A program made the position numbers and the translations under genes. Shown in pieces: positions 47,866-56,905 of a DNA stretch of 64,000 nucleotides (its first letter is position 1; each line of letters starts with the position of its first letter). Origin of the DNA: an uncultured Hyphomonadaceae bacterium. GTDB lineage: Bacteria; Pseudomonadota; Alphaproteobacteria; Caulobacterales; Hyphomonadaceae. A model generated the notes under the pieces. That model was not told the origin of the DNA. It ran no database searches and worked only from the letters and a program-made list of their open reading frames with translations. Where the stretch lies: positions 3,359 to 67,358 of the forward strand of contig CAYQBG010000001.1 in NCBI GenBank assembly GCA_964415675.1, in the 5' to 3' direction.

Positions 47866-49155
47866 CTAAGAGCCCAGATCGACCGCTTTGAGAACAAGCG
47901 AAGCATTGGTGCCGCCAAAGCCGAAACTGTTGGACACAGCCGCACGGACACGCGCATGCTTGGCCTTGTGAGGAATGAGATCAATCTCGGTATCGACGCT
48001 TGGATTGTCGAGATTGAGTGTCGGCGGCATGATTCCGTCACGGATGGCGAGCGCGCAGAACGCCCCTTCTGCGGCCCCGGCCGCGCCGAGCAGGTGCCCG
48101 ACTGCCGACTTGGTCGAAGACAAAGACAAGTTCTTCGAGTGATCGCCAAACAGGCGCTCAACCGCAGACACCTCACCCTCGTCACCCTTCGGAGTGGAAG
48201 TGCCATGGGCATTGACATAATCAATGTCTGTGAGGTCCAGGCCGGCATGCTCCATGGCCATTTTCATGGCACGGTAGCCGCCTTCGGAACCTTCAGCAGG
48301 CGCCGTGATATGATAGGCATCGCCTGTTAACCCATAGCCGGCGACTTCAGCGTAAATCTGAGCGCCGCGCGCCATAGCGTGTTCGTATTCCTCCAGCACG
48401 AGAATGCCTGCGCCCTCGCCCATGACGAAGCCGTCACGATCGCGATCATAGGGACGCGAAGCCTTCTCAGGTGTGTCGTTAAAGCTGGTGGACATGGCCT
48501 TGGCCGCGCAGAAACCGGCAATGCCGAGATGACAGATCACGGCTTCAGATCCGCCGGCCAGCATGACGTCTGCATCGCCCGCCTGAATAAGGCGCGCGCT
48601 GTCGCCAATGGCATGCGCGCCGGTCGCGCAGGCTGTCACGACAGAATGATTTGGTCCCTTCAGACCGTGGCGGATAGAGACTTGCCCGGACGCGAGATTG
48701 ATCAGCGCCGAGGGAATGAAAAACGGGCTGACCTTGCGCGCACCGTTTTCATGAAGATTGATCGATGTCTCATAGATCGATTGCAGGCCGCCAATCCCCG
48801 AGCCGATCAAAACGCCTGTGCGTTCCTTGTCAGCATCGGTCTGCGGCCTCCAACCGGAATCCTCCACCGCCTCATCAGCAGCCGCCATGGCGTAGAGGAT
48901 GAACTCATCTATCCGGCGACGCTCCTTTGCGGAGGCGATGCTGTCGGGATCGAAGGCATGGGGGTCGCCCTCCCCACCTCCGCGCCCGGAGACCCAAGGC
49001 ACCTGAAAGGCAATCTTGCAGGGCACGTCGGACGTATCGAAAAGGTCGATGGGGCCTGCGCCGGAACGCCCTTCAATAAGGCGTGACCAGGTGGCCTCGC
49101 GTCCCGCCGCGAGCGGTGTGACAAGACCGATTCCCGTGATAACGACCCGGCGCAT
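47866..49155 (-). CDS. fabF: Beta-ketoacyl-ACP synthase II
   Basis: Active-site Cys context VTACATGAHAIGD and His motifs NAHGTSTP and GHLLGAAG. Confidence 0.95.
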   Translation of the reverse strand: MRRVVITGIGLVTPLAAGREATWSRLIEGRSGAGPIDLFDTSDVPCKIAFQVPWVSGRGGGEGDPHAFDPDSIASAKERRRIDEFILYAMAAADEAVEDSGWRPQTDADKERTGVLIGSGIGGLQSIYETSINLHENGARKVSPFFIPSALINLASGQVSIRHGLKGPNHSVVTACATGAHAIGDSARLIQAGDADVMLAGGSEAVICHLGIAGFCAAKAMSTSFNDTPEKASRPYDRDRDGFVMGEGAGILVLEEYEHAMARGAQIYAEVAGYGLTGDAYHITAPAEGSEGGYRAMKMAMEHAGLDLTDIDYVNAHGTSTPKGDEGEVSAVERLFGDHSKNLSLSSTKSAVGHLLGAAGAAEGAFCALAIRDGIMPPTLNLDNPSVDTEIDLIPHKAKHARVRAAVSNSFGFGGTNASLVLKAVDLGS

Positions 49156-49191
49156 GCTTCCTCCAGACTATTTCGAGTGCCGATCCGATAC

Positions 49192-49431
49192 CTAGCCGGA
49201 CACGTGCTCGTTGATGTGAGTGATCGCATCGCCGACCGTGCGGATATTCTCCTGCACTTCATCAGGGATCTCGATATTGAACTCTTCCTCGAAGGCCATG
49301 ACGAGTTCGACCAGGTCGAGACTGTCGGCGCCGAGATCATCAATGAAGCTGGCTTCCTTTGTGACCTTGTCCTCCTCCACTTCGAGATTTTCGACAACGA
49401 TCTTCTTAACACGCTCGAAAACGTCAGACAT
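49192..49431 (-). CDS. acpP: Acyl carrier protein
   Basis: 79 aa with the phosphopantetheine-attachment motif [14 protein letters not shown]. Confidence 0.97.
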   Translation of the reverse strand: MSDVFERVKKIVVENLEVEEDKVTKEASFIDDLGADSLDLVELVMAFEEEFNIEIPDEVQENIRTVGDAITHINEHVSG

Positions 49432-49552
49432 GAGCTACCTCTCTTGTGATGTCTGAGAACGGGCCTCCAGCGAAGCCCTTGGTGTTGCGGTTAGCACACA
49501 GATGTTCGCCCGCACAAGCATCGAGGCTGTTTCAGGCCCTGTCCTTTACGCG

Positions 49553-50290
49553 CTAAATCATCGCCATTCCGCCATTTACGTGCAGAGTCTGGCCTGTCAC
49601 ATAGGCTGCCGCATCGCTGGCCAGATAGGCCACGGCCGCCGCAATATCCTCACCCTGCCCCAGCCGACCGGTCGGAATCTGGCCAAGCAGCACCTCTTTC
49701 TGTTTCTCGGGAAGTTCATCCGTCATCGGCGATTCGATGAATCCGGGCGCAACGCAATTGGCTGTGATTCCCCGGCTGGCGACTTCCTGGGCGAGCGATT
49801 TGGTGAAACCGATCATGCCCGCCTTTGAAGCACAATAATTGGCCTGCCCGGGATTGCCCGTCACCCCGACAATCGAAGTGATACCGATTATGCGGCCATG
49901 CCGACGCTTCATCATCCCCCGCAGCGATGCCCGGGCAAGCCGGAAATAGGCGCCCAGATTGACGTCAAGCACAGACTGCCAGTCATCGTCCTTCATCCGC
50001 ATCAACAAACCGTCGCGCGTGATCCCGGCATTGGCGACCAGGATATCGAGCGGGCCAATCGCCTCCTCGGCACGGCCAATCAGTCCGTCAACCTCGCCCG
50101 GATCTGACAGGTTGCAGGTGACCACCGCGCCCTGACCGGCGAGTTCGCCCTTCACGTCTTCCAATACACCCTCGCGTGTGCCTGACAGCGCCACTCTTGC
50201 GCCGCTCTCAGACAGAACCTTCGCGATCTCCCGTCCGATACCGCCGGATGCGCCAGTGACCAGGGCTGTGCGCCCTTCAAGACTGAACAT
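49553..50290 (-). CDS. fabG: 3-oxoacyl-ACP reductase
   Basis: SDR motifs TGASGGIG, NAG and YCASK. Context is between fabD and acpP. Confidence 0.95.
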   Translation of the reverse strand: MFSLEGRTALVTGASGGIGREIAKVLSESGARVALSGTREGVLEDVKGELAGQGAVVTCNLSDPGEVDGLIGRAEEAIGPLDILVANAGITRDGLLMRMKDDDWQSVLDVNLGAYFRLARASLRGMMKRRHGRIIGITSIVGVTGNPGQANYCASKAGMIGFTKSLAQEVASRGITANCVAPGFIESPMTDELPEKQKEVLLGQIPTGRLGQGEDIAAAVAYLASDAAAYVTGQTLHVNGGMAMI

Positions 50291-50308
50291 GTGGTAACCC
50301 TCCTAAGT

Positions 50309-51265
50309 TCATTGCGCGCCGGAAAGAGCCGCAGCGAACGCAGCGAGTTCATCTGGCGTGCCCAATGTGTGCCCCTTAAGCGCCTTTACATTACGCCGGT
50401 TCATAACGCTCAGCACCTTCCCGGCGCCGGCCTCAGCGGTTTGCATAATGCCATTGTCAGCCATCCAGGCAACGCTCTCGCGCCAGCGCACGCGGCCTGT
50501 GACCTGTTCGACCAGGTGCCGGCGAATCGCCTTGGCCTCGGATGTCGCCTGCGCCGTCACATTCGAAACAACCGGAACCAATGGTGCTACGATCTCGATC
50601 TCAGACAATGCCTGCGCCATGGCTTCGGCAGCAGGCTGCATCAGCGAACAGTGAAACGGCGCGGACACCGCCAGTGGCACCGCCTTCTTTACTCCTGATG
50701 CGCGTGCATGTTCGCAAGCGGCATCGACAGCCGATTTCGTTCCCGAAATCACCAACTGTCCCGGCGCATTGTCATTGGCAATTTCGCAGGCCCCGCCAGC
50801 CTGCCGGGCCGCCGCACAGGCCGCCTCGGCCTGGTCCATATCTGCGCCGAGCAGGGCGGCCATCGCGCCATGGCCAGTCGCGACGGCGTCCTGCATTGCC
50901 TCACCCCGACGCCGCAGGAGACGCGCAGTATCGGCCAGGCTGATCGCTCTGGCCGCGCACAAGGCGGAATATTCACCGAGCGAATGTCCGGCAACATATT
51001 TCGAGGCGCTTACAGCGATTCCGTATTCGGCCTCCAGCGCACGCATGGCCGCAACTGAGACCGCCATGAGAGCGGGTTGCGTGTTCATCGTCCGGGTCAG
51101 GGCCTCTTCCGGACCGTTGCGGATCAGGTCCGACAGCTTTTCTCCGAGTGCGTCATCGACTTCGTCCAGAACCGCCTTCGCCGCTGGATATGCATCGACC
51201 AGACCGCAGCCCATTCCAATAAACTGACTCCCCTGCCCCGGGAAAATGAAAGCGAGATCGGACAT
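50309..51265 (-). CDS. fabD: Malonyl-CoA:ACP transacylase
   Basis: FPGQGSQ and the active-site motif GHSLGEYSAL. Confidence 0.93.
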   Translation of the reverse strand: MSDLAFIFPGQGSQFIGMGCGLVDAYPAAKAVLDEVDDALGEKLSDLIRNGPEEALTRTMNTQPALMAVSVAAMRALEAEYGIAVSASKYVAGHSLGEYSALCAARAISLADTARLLRRRGEAMQDAVATGHGAMAALLGADMDQAEAACAAARQAGGACEIANDNAPGQLVISGTKSAVDAACEHARASGVKKAVPLAVSAPFHCSLMQPAAEAMAQALSEIEIVAPLVPVVSNVTAQATSEAKAIRRHLVEQVTGRVRWRESVAWMADNGIMQTAEAGAGKVLSVMNRRNVKALKGHTLGTPDELAAFAAALSGAQ

Positions 51266-51479
51266 GAGCGCCTCCTGATAAATCGATGCGCTGGCCTAAC
51301 GCAGTGTCTACGCGCCGCGCAAGCGACTTGATTTTCTCATCGCTTCCGTGTTTTAACCCGGCGCTTGAACAGGGCGCGCGGTCCTGGCCCCGGGGAATGA
51401 GCCCCGGACAGCCGGGGGCCATCGCCGATGGGGGATCCCGCCCCGTTGGCGCCGCGGCCCGCAATCGGGAATGGAAAAT

Positions 51480-51827
51480 ATGCCTTATTATGAGCACGTG
51501 GTCATCACGCGACCTGACATTTCGCCTGCGCAGGTGGAAACTCTCACCGAGGAGTTCGCACAGTTTCTTCGCGACAAGGGCGCGAAAGTGCCGAAGACTG
51601 AATATTGGGGCCTGCGCAATCTGTCCTATCCTATCAACAAGCAGCGCAAGGGTCACTATTCCCTGCTGAATGTCGATGGTCCGGCCGATGCGGTCCAGGA
51701 GATCGAACGCCGCCATCGCATCTCCGATGATGTGATGCGATATCTCACCGTGCGCGTAGATGAGCTGGACGAGGCACCCTCGCCAGTCCTCTCTCGCAAG
51801 GATCGCGGCGAGAAGCGCAAGGACTAG
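51480..51827 (+). CDS. rpsF: 30S ribosomal protein S6
   Basis: [13 protein letters not shown]... is typical of S6, with an acidic/basic C-terminal tail. The listed ORF starts 9 nt earlier, at ATG 51471. Confidence 0.93.
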   Translation: MPYYEHVVITRPDISPAQVETLTEEFAQFLRDKGAKVPKTEYWGLRNLSYPINKQRKGHYSLLNVDGPADAVQEIERRHRISDDVMRYLTVRVDELDEAPSPVLSRKDRGEKRKD

Positions 51828-51837
51828 GAGACCAGAC

Positions 51838-52107
51838 ATGGCCCGCAAGAACAATTCCGGACTGAACATCACGAACCTGCCCGCCCGTCGCCCCTTCGGT
51901 CGTCGGCGCAAGGTCGATCCGTTTTCCGGCGCGAAAGCCCCGAAAATCGATTACAAGGACGTAAAACTCCTGCAGCGCTATATTTCCGAGAAAGGCAAGA
52001 TAGTACCTTCCCGGATCACCGCTGTGAACATCAAGAACCAACGCAAGCTCGCCCGTGCCATCAAGCGCGCGCGAATTCTCGCGCTGTTGCCCTTCAGCGT
52101 TAAATAG
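51838..52107 (+). CDS. rpsR: 30S ribosomal protein S18
   Basis: 89 aa with [30 protein letters not shown] lies upstream of ATG 51838. Confidence 0.95.
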   Translation: MARKNNSGLNITNLPARRPFGRRRKVDPFSGAKAPKIDYKDVKLLQRYISEKGKIVPSRITAVNIKNQRKLARAIKRARILALLPFSVK

Positions 52108-52117
52108 GGAGAGAAAC

Positions 52118-52711
52118 ATGCAGGTGATCCTCCTGGAGCGCGTGGAAAAGCTCGGCACCATCGGCGACGAGGTGAACGTCAAGAACGGCTTTGCGCGCAA
52201 TTATCTGATCCCGCAGGGCAAGGCCCTGCTCGCCAATTCGGCAAACCGGGCGCGTTTCGAAGCCGAGCGTGAACTGATTGAAAAGCGCAACGCCGAAGCG
52301 CGCGAGGCCGCCGCACAGGATGGCCAGACACTCGACGGTGAAAGTTTTGTGCTCATCCGTGCCGCTGGTGAGACTGGCCAGCTTTATGGTTCGGTCCAGG
52401 CGCGCGATATCTCGGAAGTCACGCGCGATGCTGGATATAAAGTCGCGCGCAGTCAGGTTCGGCTCGACCAGCCGATCAAGTCGATCGGCGTTCATGATGT
52501 CGATATCCGGCTGCATGCCGAAGTTTCGGTGACGATCAAGATCAATATCGCCCGCTCGCCCGACGAAGCTGAACGACAGGCTTCAGGCGAGGACATCCTC
52601 GAAACACTTCAGGCCCAGCAGCGCGAAGCTGACGAAGAACGCGCCGGTGAAATGGCCGAAGCGCAGGCCGAGATGGCTGACCAGATGGCCCCGGACGGCG
52701 ACGAGGTCTGA
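52118..52711 (+). CDS. rplI: 50S ribosomal protein L9
   Basis: MQVILLERVEKLG...VNVKNGFARNYLIPQGKA, with an acidic C-terminal extension. GGGAGAG lies upstream. Confidence 0.93.
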   Translation: MQVILLERVEKLGTIGDEVNVKNGFARNYLIPQGKALLANSANRARFEAERELIEKRNAEAREAAAQDGQTLDGESFVLIRAAGETGQLYGSVQARDISEVTRDAGYKVARSQVRLDQPIKSIGVHDVDIRLHAEVSVTIKINIARSPDEAERQASGEDILETLQAQQREADEERAGEMAEAQAEMADQMAPDGDEV

Positions 52712-52739
52712 GCCAGCGTTCAAAGCGTTAACAAAAAGG

Positions 52740-52768
52740 GTGGCGCGCCGTTGGGTGCGCCACTTTTT
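52740..52768 (+). terminator. Rho-independent terminator of the rpsF-rpsR-rplI operon
   Basis: GTGGCGC-gccgttgggt-GCGCCAC followed by TTTTT, preceded by an A-tract. Starts 28 nt after the rplI stop. Confidence 0.8.
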
Positions 52769-52843
52769 GTGTCGGCCCGCAGTCTCTGCCTTGGAACCTG
52801 CAACTGTGATAGACTTCCAGCGGTTTGAAGCCGGAGTGCTGCG

Positions 52844-53251
52844 ATGACCTTTGCCGAAGCCCTTGCTGCCCAACCGCAATGGATCGTCTGGTGGGTGAAC
52901 TGGATGATGGCCGTATTCGTTGTCTCGAGCCTGGTGTTCCTGTTCTCTGGGGCGACACGGATGAGCGCCCTGTTCACCGCGCTCGCCTTTTTTCTGGGCG
53001 CGGTCCTTCTGAACCTGATGTACAACCAGATGGGCTATGTCCGATTGCTCGGCCTGCCCCATCTCGTCTTCTGGATTCCTCTGGCGGCCCATCTCTGGAA
53101 GCGTCTGCGCAGTGGCAAGGTCACGGGACTGTTCAGGAGCGTCATGATCGTCCTGCTCGTGACAATCCTTGTCTCACTTGTGCTCGATATCGCCGATGTC
53201 GCGCGCTACATTTTCGGAGACCGGACACCAACGATCCTGCCACCAGAATGA
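52844..53251 (+). CDS. Small integral membrane protein, function unknown
   Basis: 135 aa with four hydrophobic helices. I recognise no motif. Confidence 0.55.
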   Translation: MTFAEALAAQPQWIVWWVNWMMAVFVVSSLVFLFSGATRMSALFTALAFFLGAVLLNLMYNQMGYVRLLGLPHLVFWIPLAAHLWKRLRSGKVTGLFRSVMIVLLVTILVSLVLDIADVARYIFGDRTPTILPPE

Positions 53252-53293
53252 CGCACTCAGGTCTGGTCTGATCGCGGGCGAATTTCCCAGATC

Positions 53294-53321
53294 GAATCAG
53301 GTTGTGGATGATGCTCGAATC
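53294..53321 (+). promoter_or_regulatory. DnaA-box-like 9-mer flanked by two GANTC (CcrM) sites upstream of dnaB
   Basis: GAATC at 53294-53298. TGTGGATGA at 53303-53311 is the reverse complement of TCATCCACA, 8/9 to TTATCCACA. GAATC at 53317-53321. The element lies 60-90 nt upstream of the dnaB ATG. Confidence 0.35.
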
Positions 53322-53381
53322 TTCAGTGAACCGATAAAAGTCAAGCCGCGAATTGAAGCGCGCGAGGCGGTATGAACCGGC

Positions 53382-54875
53382 ATGCCCAAGGATCATGACA
53401 CCCCAACGGAAGCCCCGGCAGAGGAAGCACCTCACAATCTCGCCGCAGAGGCGGCGCTGCTGGGTGCGATCCTCTATGACAACAATGTCTATCAGCGGAT
53501 CAGCGAGAGGCTGCGCGCCGACGATTTCTACGCGCCTGCCCATAGAGAGATCTATGCCGTCGCCCAGCAGATGATCGACATGAACCGCGTTGCCGACGGC
53601 GTAACACTGCGCGAATATTTCGAGAAGAATGACCAGCTCGCCCAGATTGGGGGGGCGACCTATCTGGCCGAGCTTCTTGAAAGTGCTGCTTTTGGCCCGG
53701 AAGTCACCGACTATGCCAGGATCATTCACGATCTCGCGGCCCGCCGCGAACTGGTGGGCATCGGCACAGGGATCCGCTCACGCGCGCTCAAACCCGAACG
53801 AGACCAGTCAGGCCAGCAACTGATCGAACTTGCTGAGAAAGAACTCTTCTCTCTGGCCGAGCGCGGATCGGCCGAGCGCGGCTTTTCCGACTTCGCATCT
53901 GCCGCTCAGGAATCGGTGCTGATGGCAGAGGCGGCGCTCAAGCGGGACGGGAAGATTGCGGGCATTGCCACAGGGCTCGACGATCTCGACCACAAGCTCG
54001 GCGGGCTTCACCGGTCTGATCTCGTCATTCTTGCCGGTCGCCCATCCATGGGAAAAACTTCGCTGGCAACCAATATAGCTTTCAACGCCGCACATGCCTG
54101 CCGCCGGGAAGCCCAGGAGGACGGTTCGAAAAAGACGGTCGAGGGGGCGGTCGTGGCCTTCTTCTCACTTGAGATGTCGGCCGAACAGCTCGCCACGCGT
54201 GTGATTGCCGAGCGGACCGGGATCAGCTCGCACAAATTCCGCTCCGGCGAACTCGACATGAATGATTTCAACGCCGTGCGCGACACGGTCGCCGAGTTGC
54301 AGAACCTGCCTCTGCACATTGATGATACTGGCGGCCTGTCGATCAACCAGCTGTCGGCGCGCGCCCGGCGCCTGCATCGCACCCATGGGCTCGATCTCAT
54401 CGTGATCGACTATCTGCAACTGATCACCTCATCGGGCGGCAAGTCGAGCGAAAACCGGGTTCAGGAGCTCACGCAGATCACAATGGCGCTAAAGGCACTG
54501 GCCAAGGATCTCAATGTCCCGGTCGTCGCGCTCTCTCAGCTTTCGCGCCAGGTCGAGCAGCGCGACGACAAGCGACCACAACTATCTGACCTGCGCGAAT
54601 CCGGTTCGATCGAGCAGGATGCTGACGTCGTCCTGTTCGTCTACCGCGAGTCCTATTATCTTGAGCGCACTGAACCCCAATCCGATCCCAGCGACCCCAA
54701 TTCCAGCGAGAAATGGGCGCACTGGCGAGAGCGAATGGACCAGGTCTATGGCACCGCCGAAGTGATCATCGGCAAACAGCGCCATGGCCCTATCGGGCGG
54801 ATCATGCTCGCCTTCGACGCCAACGTCACCCGGTTCGGCAATCTTGAACGTGCGGTCACGGATGAGTTCGGCTGA
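53382..54875 (+). CDS. dnaB: Replicative DNA helicase DnaB
   Basis: 497 aa. N-terminal PHNLAAEAALLGAIL, Walker A AGRPSMGKTS and RecA-like C-terminal domain motifs (IDYLQL, SQLSR). Confidence 0.95.
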   Translation: MPKDHDTPTEAPAEEAPHNLAAEAALLGAILYDNNVYQRISERLRADDFYAPAHREIYAVAQQMIDMNRVADGVTLREYFEKNDQLAQIGGATYLAELLESAAFGPEVTDYARIIHDLAARRELVGIGTGIRSRALKPERDQSGQQLIELAEKELFSLAERGSAERGFSDFASAAQESVLMAEAALKRDGKIAGIATGLDDLDHKLGGLHRSDLVILAGRPSMGKTSLATNIAFNAAHACRREAQEDGSKKTVEGAVVAFFSLEMSAEQLATRVIAERTGISSHKFRSGELDMNDFNAVRDTVAELQNLPLHIDDTGGLSINQLSARARRLHRTHGLDLIVIDYLQLITSSGGKSSENRVQELTQITMALKALAKDLNVPVVALSQLSRQVEQRDDKRPQLSDLRESGSIEQDADVVLFVYRESYYLERTEPQSDPSDPNSSEKWAHWRERMDQVYGTAEVIIGKQRHGPIGRIMLAFDANVTRFGNLERAVTDEFG

Positions 54876-54887
54876 TCTTGAGTTCTG

Positions 54888-55541
54888 TCAGAGCCAGAGG
54901 ATCGACCAGACGAGGGCCGAATAGAGGGCAATGAGGACACTTCCTCTCAGGGCGGCGGACGACAAAAAGGGTTTAAGGTCTTTCCAGGTGGTCTCGCGGG
55001 CAATGCTCGCGACAGCCTCTGCGATCTCATGCGAGACATCGTCATGTTTGCGCCCGGCGAGCCGCATGACGAGATTGTCGCGCCAGTTGCGCTCGCGCGC
55101 GCTGGCCTCGTTCAGAACCTCGTCGAAAACAGTCGCGGCGACTGTCTCGCCAAGCGCGAGTCTTGGCCTCCACCCATGGCGGCGCAACTCCGACAGGCCC
55201 AGCCGCACTGTCGGGAATGTCACCCATGTGTCGCGGACAACAAACAGAGCCAGCATCACAGACAAAACGGGGCCGTAGGCGTTATCACTTATCGCGCCGG
55301 CAAAATGCGCGCCCCAGACCGCAACGAGGAGCGCCGCCTTGAGCGCCGTCACCCAGGCGAATTTGCGGAACCCGCGAGCAAGGTAGGCCGCGCCCCGCTC
55401 GCGGATCTGCGCGCGCGCCTCCTCGGCCGCGGCTTCGATGGCGCTATGCTTGGCGCGCTCCACCTCGCCGGAAAGATAGGCTCGCCCGGCTGCAACACCG
55501 GTGGCAATCGCCGATACAGCCAGAAGGACACCTCTCAGCAT
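54888..55541 (-). CDS. Hypothetical integral membrane protein
   Basis: 217 aa with about 4 hydrophobic segments, including both termini. No recognisable family. Confidence 0.45.
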   Translation of the reverse strand: MLRGVLLAVSAIATGVAAGRAYLSGEVERAKHSAIEAAAEEARAQIRERGAAYLARGFRKFAWVTALKAALLVAVWGAHFAGAISDNAYGPVLSVMLALFVVRDTWVTFPTVRLGLSELRRHGWRPRLALGETVAATVFDEVLNEASARERNWRDNLVMRLAGRKHDDVSHEIAEAVASIARETTWKDLKPFLSSAALRGSVLIALYSALVWSILWL

Positions 55542-55632
55542 TCCGGAAGCTTATATGGCGGGTTGATCATCACATCATCCATTTAATCACCCGCAAGGCC
55601 ACGCACCAGCACACAGACCGACGCGCGAGAGG

Positions 55633-56190
55633 CTAATGCGATGCCTCGATCCACCAGTCATCATCGTCGAAGCGCTCCCGATAGGTCGAGCGCAGCGCCT
55701 GACGAAGCGTTTCAAGGTCCGGCGAGCGGCAATTGCTGACAAGGCCGGTACTGACCTCTCCTCCTGCGGCCTCATAGATTTCCAGCGCCTCGCCTTGCAG
55801 GTCGCTGCAATCGGGCGGAGCGACGTCGAGACTTGCCGGCACAGGCGACGTCCCGCTCGCCCGGCGCGCAATGAGGTGCAGCACCTCCTGCTCATTGTCG
55901 GGGCGTAATTCCAGGATGAAGATCTGTGTGCCGTCCCAGACCATCAAGGGGGCAAAACGTGCCGTCCCGCGGTCCCCCGGCGGCATGTCTGAAGGCGTTG
56001 CATAGCCGTCGCCTGTCGCCGACATGCTGAAACATGAGGACTCATCCTCCGGACAGAGCATGATTTCACCATCGAGCGGAAGCACGCCTTCGCCCTCCGG
56101 GATCAGCGGCCCTTCCGCTCCGAAACAAGCTGTCAGAAAGAACGCGCCCGCGAGCGCAAGGACGGATGTCGCCTGCTTGTCTCCTGTCAT
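55633..56190 (-). CDS. Hypothetical lipoprotein
   Basis: Lipobox FFLTAC after a hydrophobic segment (start ATG 56190), with an acidic, Cys-containing mature part. No recognisable family. Confidence 0.5.
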   Translation of the reverse strand: MTGDKQATSVLALAGAFFLTACFGAEGPLIPEGEGVLPLDGEIMLCPEDESSCFSMSATGDGYATPSDMPPGDRGTARFAPLMVWDGTQIFILELRPDNEQEVLHLIARRASGTSPVPASLDVAPPDCSDLQGEALEIYEAAGGEVSTGLVSNCRSPDLETLRQALRSTYRERFDDDDWWIEASH

Positions 56191-56250
56191 TGATTCCTCC
56201 ATGCAGACCGACAGCCTTACCGATAAATTCGCCCACATAATGGCCGGAAC

Positions 56251-56862
56251 ATGACCTCACGCACAGTCCTCATCTACGCAAAGCCGCCGCGGATCGGCTT
56301 GTCCAAGACCCGTCTGGCTGCCTCGCTGAGCCCGACCGAAGCCCGGCGGATCGCACATATGACGCTGGCAAGATCGGTTCGCGCAGCGATGGATCCCCGA
56401 TGGCAAACGCGCCTTTACTGCGCGCCGGACCGCGCGCTTGGTGAGACGCTCGGCGGTCGCTGGCCAGTCCGCCTGCCCCGACATTCGCAAGGCGCAGGCG
56501 ATCTTGGTGCGCGCCTGCAAAAGGGCCTTTACGAGGCGCCGCGAGGCGCCGTCATTTTCATGGGGACTGACGCACCGGACCTCTCACCCGCCCTGATCTG
56601 GCGAGGATTCCAGCTTTTGCGCTGCCATGACGCCGTGTTCGGACCGGCCAGCGATGGAGGGTTCTGGCTGTTTGGTGTTCACAAACGGCTCGCCATGCCG
56701 CGCCTTTTCTCTCCCGTGCGGTGGTCAGGGCCTCATGCCCTTTCAGACCTCAAAGGAAACCTTCCTGATCGCGCACGGGTCGCGCATCTGCCGACGCTGA
56801 TCGATATTGATGATGTGGAGGACTGGCGCGCCTGGCACGAATTTCACAGTAAGGAGAGCTAG
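56251..56862 (+). CDS. DUF2064 / TIGR04282-family glycosyltransferase-like protein
   Basis: N-terminal VLIYAKPPRIGLSKTRLA and central IFMGTDAPDL match my recollection of DUF2064. Confidence 0.7.
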   Translation: MTSRTVLIYAKPPRIGLSKTRLAASLSPTEARRIAHMTLARSVRAAMDPRWQTRLYCAPDRALGETLGGRWPVRLPRHSQGAGDLGARLQKGLYEAPRGAVIFMGTDAPDLSPALIWRGFQLLRCHDAVFGPASDGGFWLFGVHKRLAMPRLFSPVRWSGPHALSDLKGNLPDRARVAHLPTLIDIDDVEDWRAWHEFHSKES

Positions 56863-56864
56863 TT

Positions 56865-56879
56865 GTTCTTTTTATGTTC
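56865..56879 (+). promoter_or_regulatory. Perfect alphaproteobacterial LexA operator (SOS box) GTTC-N7-GTTC
   Basis: GTTCtttttatGTTC sits in a T-rich 43-bp spacer, 26 nt upstream of the radical SAM ATG at 56906. Confidence 0.6.
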
Positions 56880-56905
56880 TCGTTTTTGTGGTTTCCTTCG
56901 AGCCC

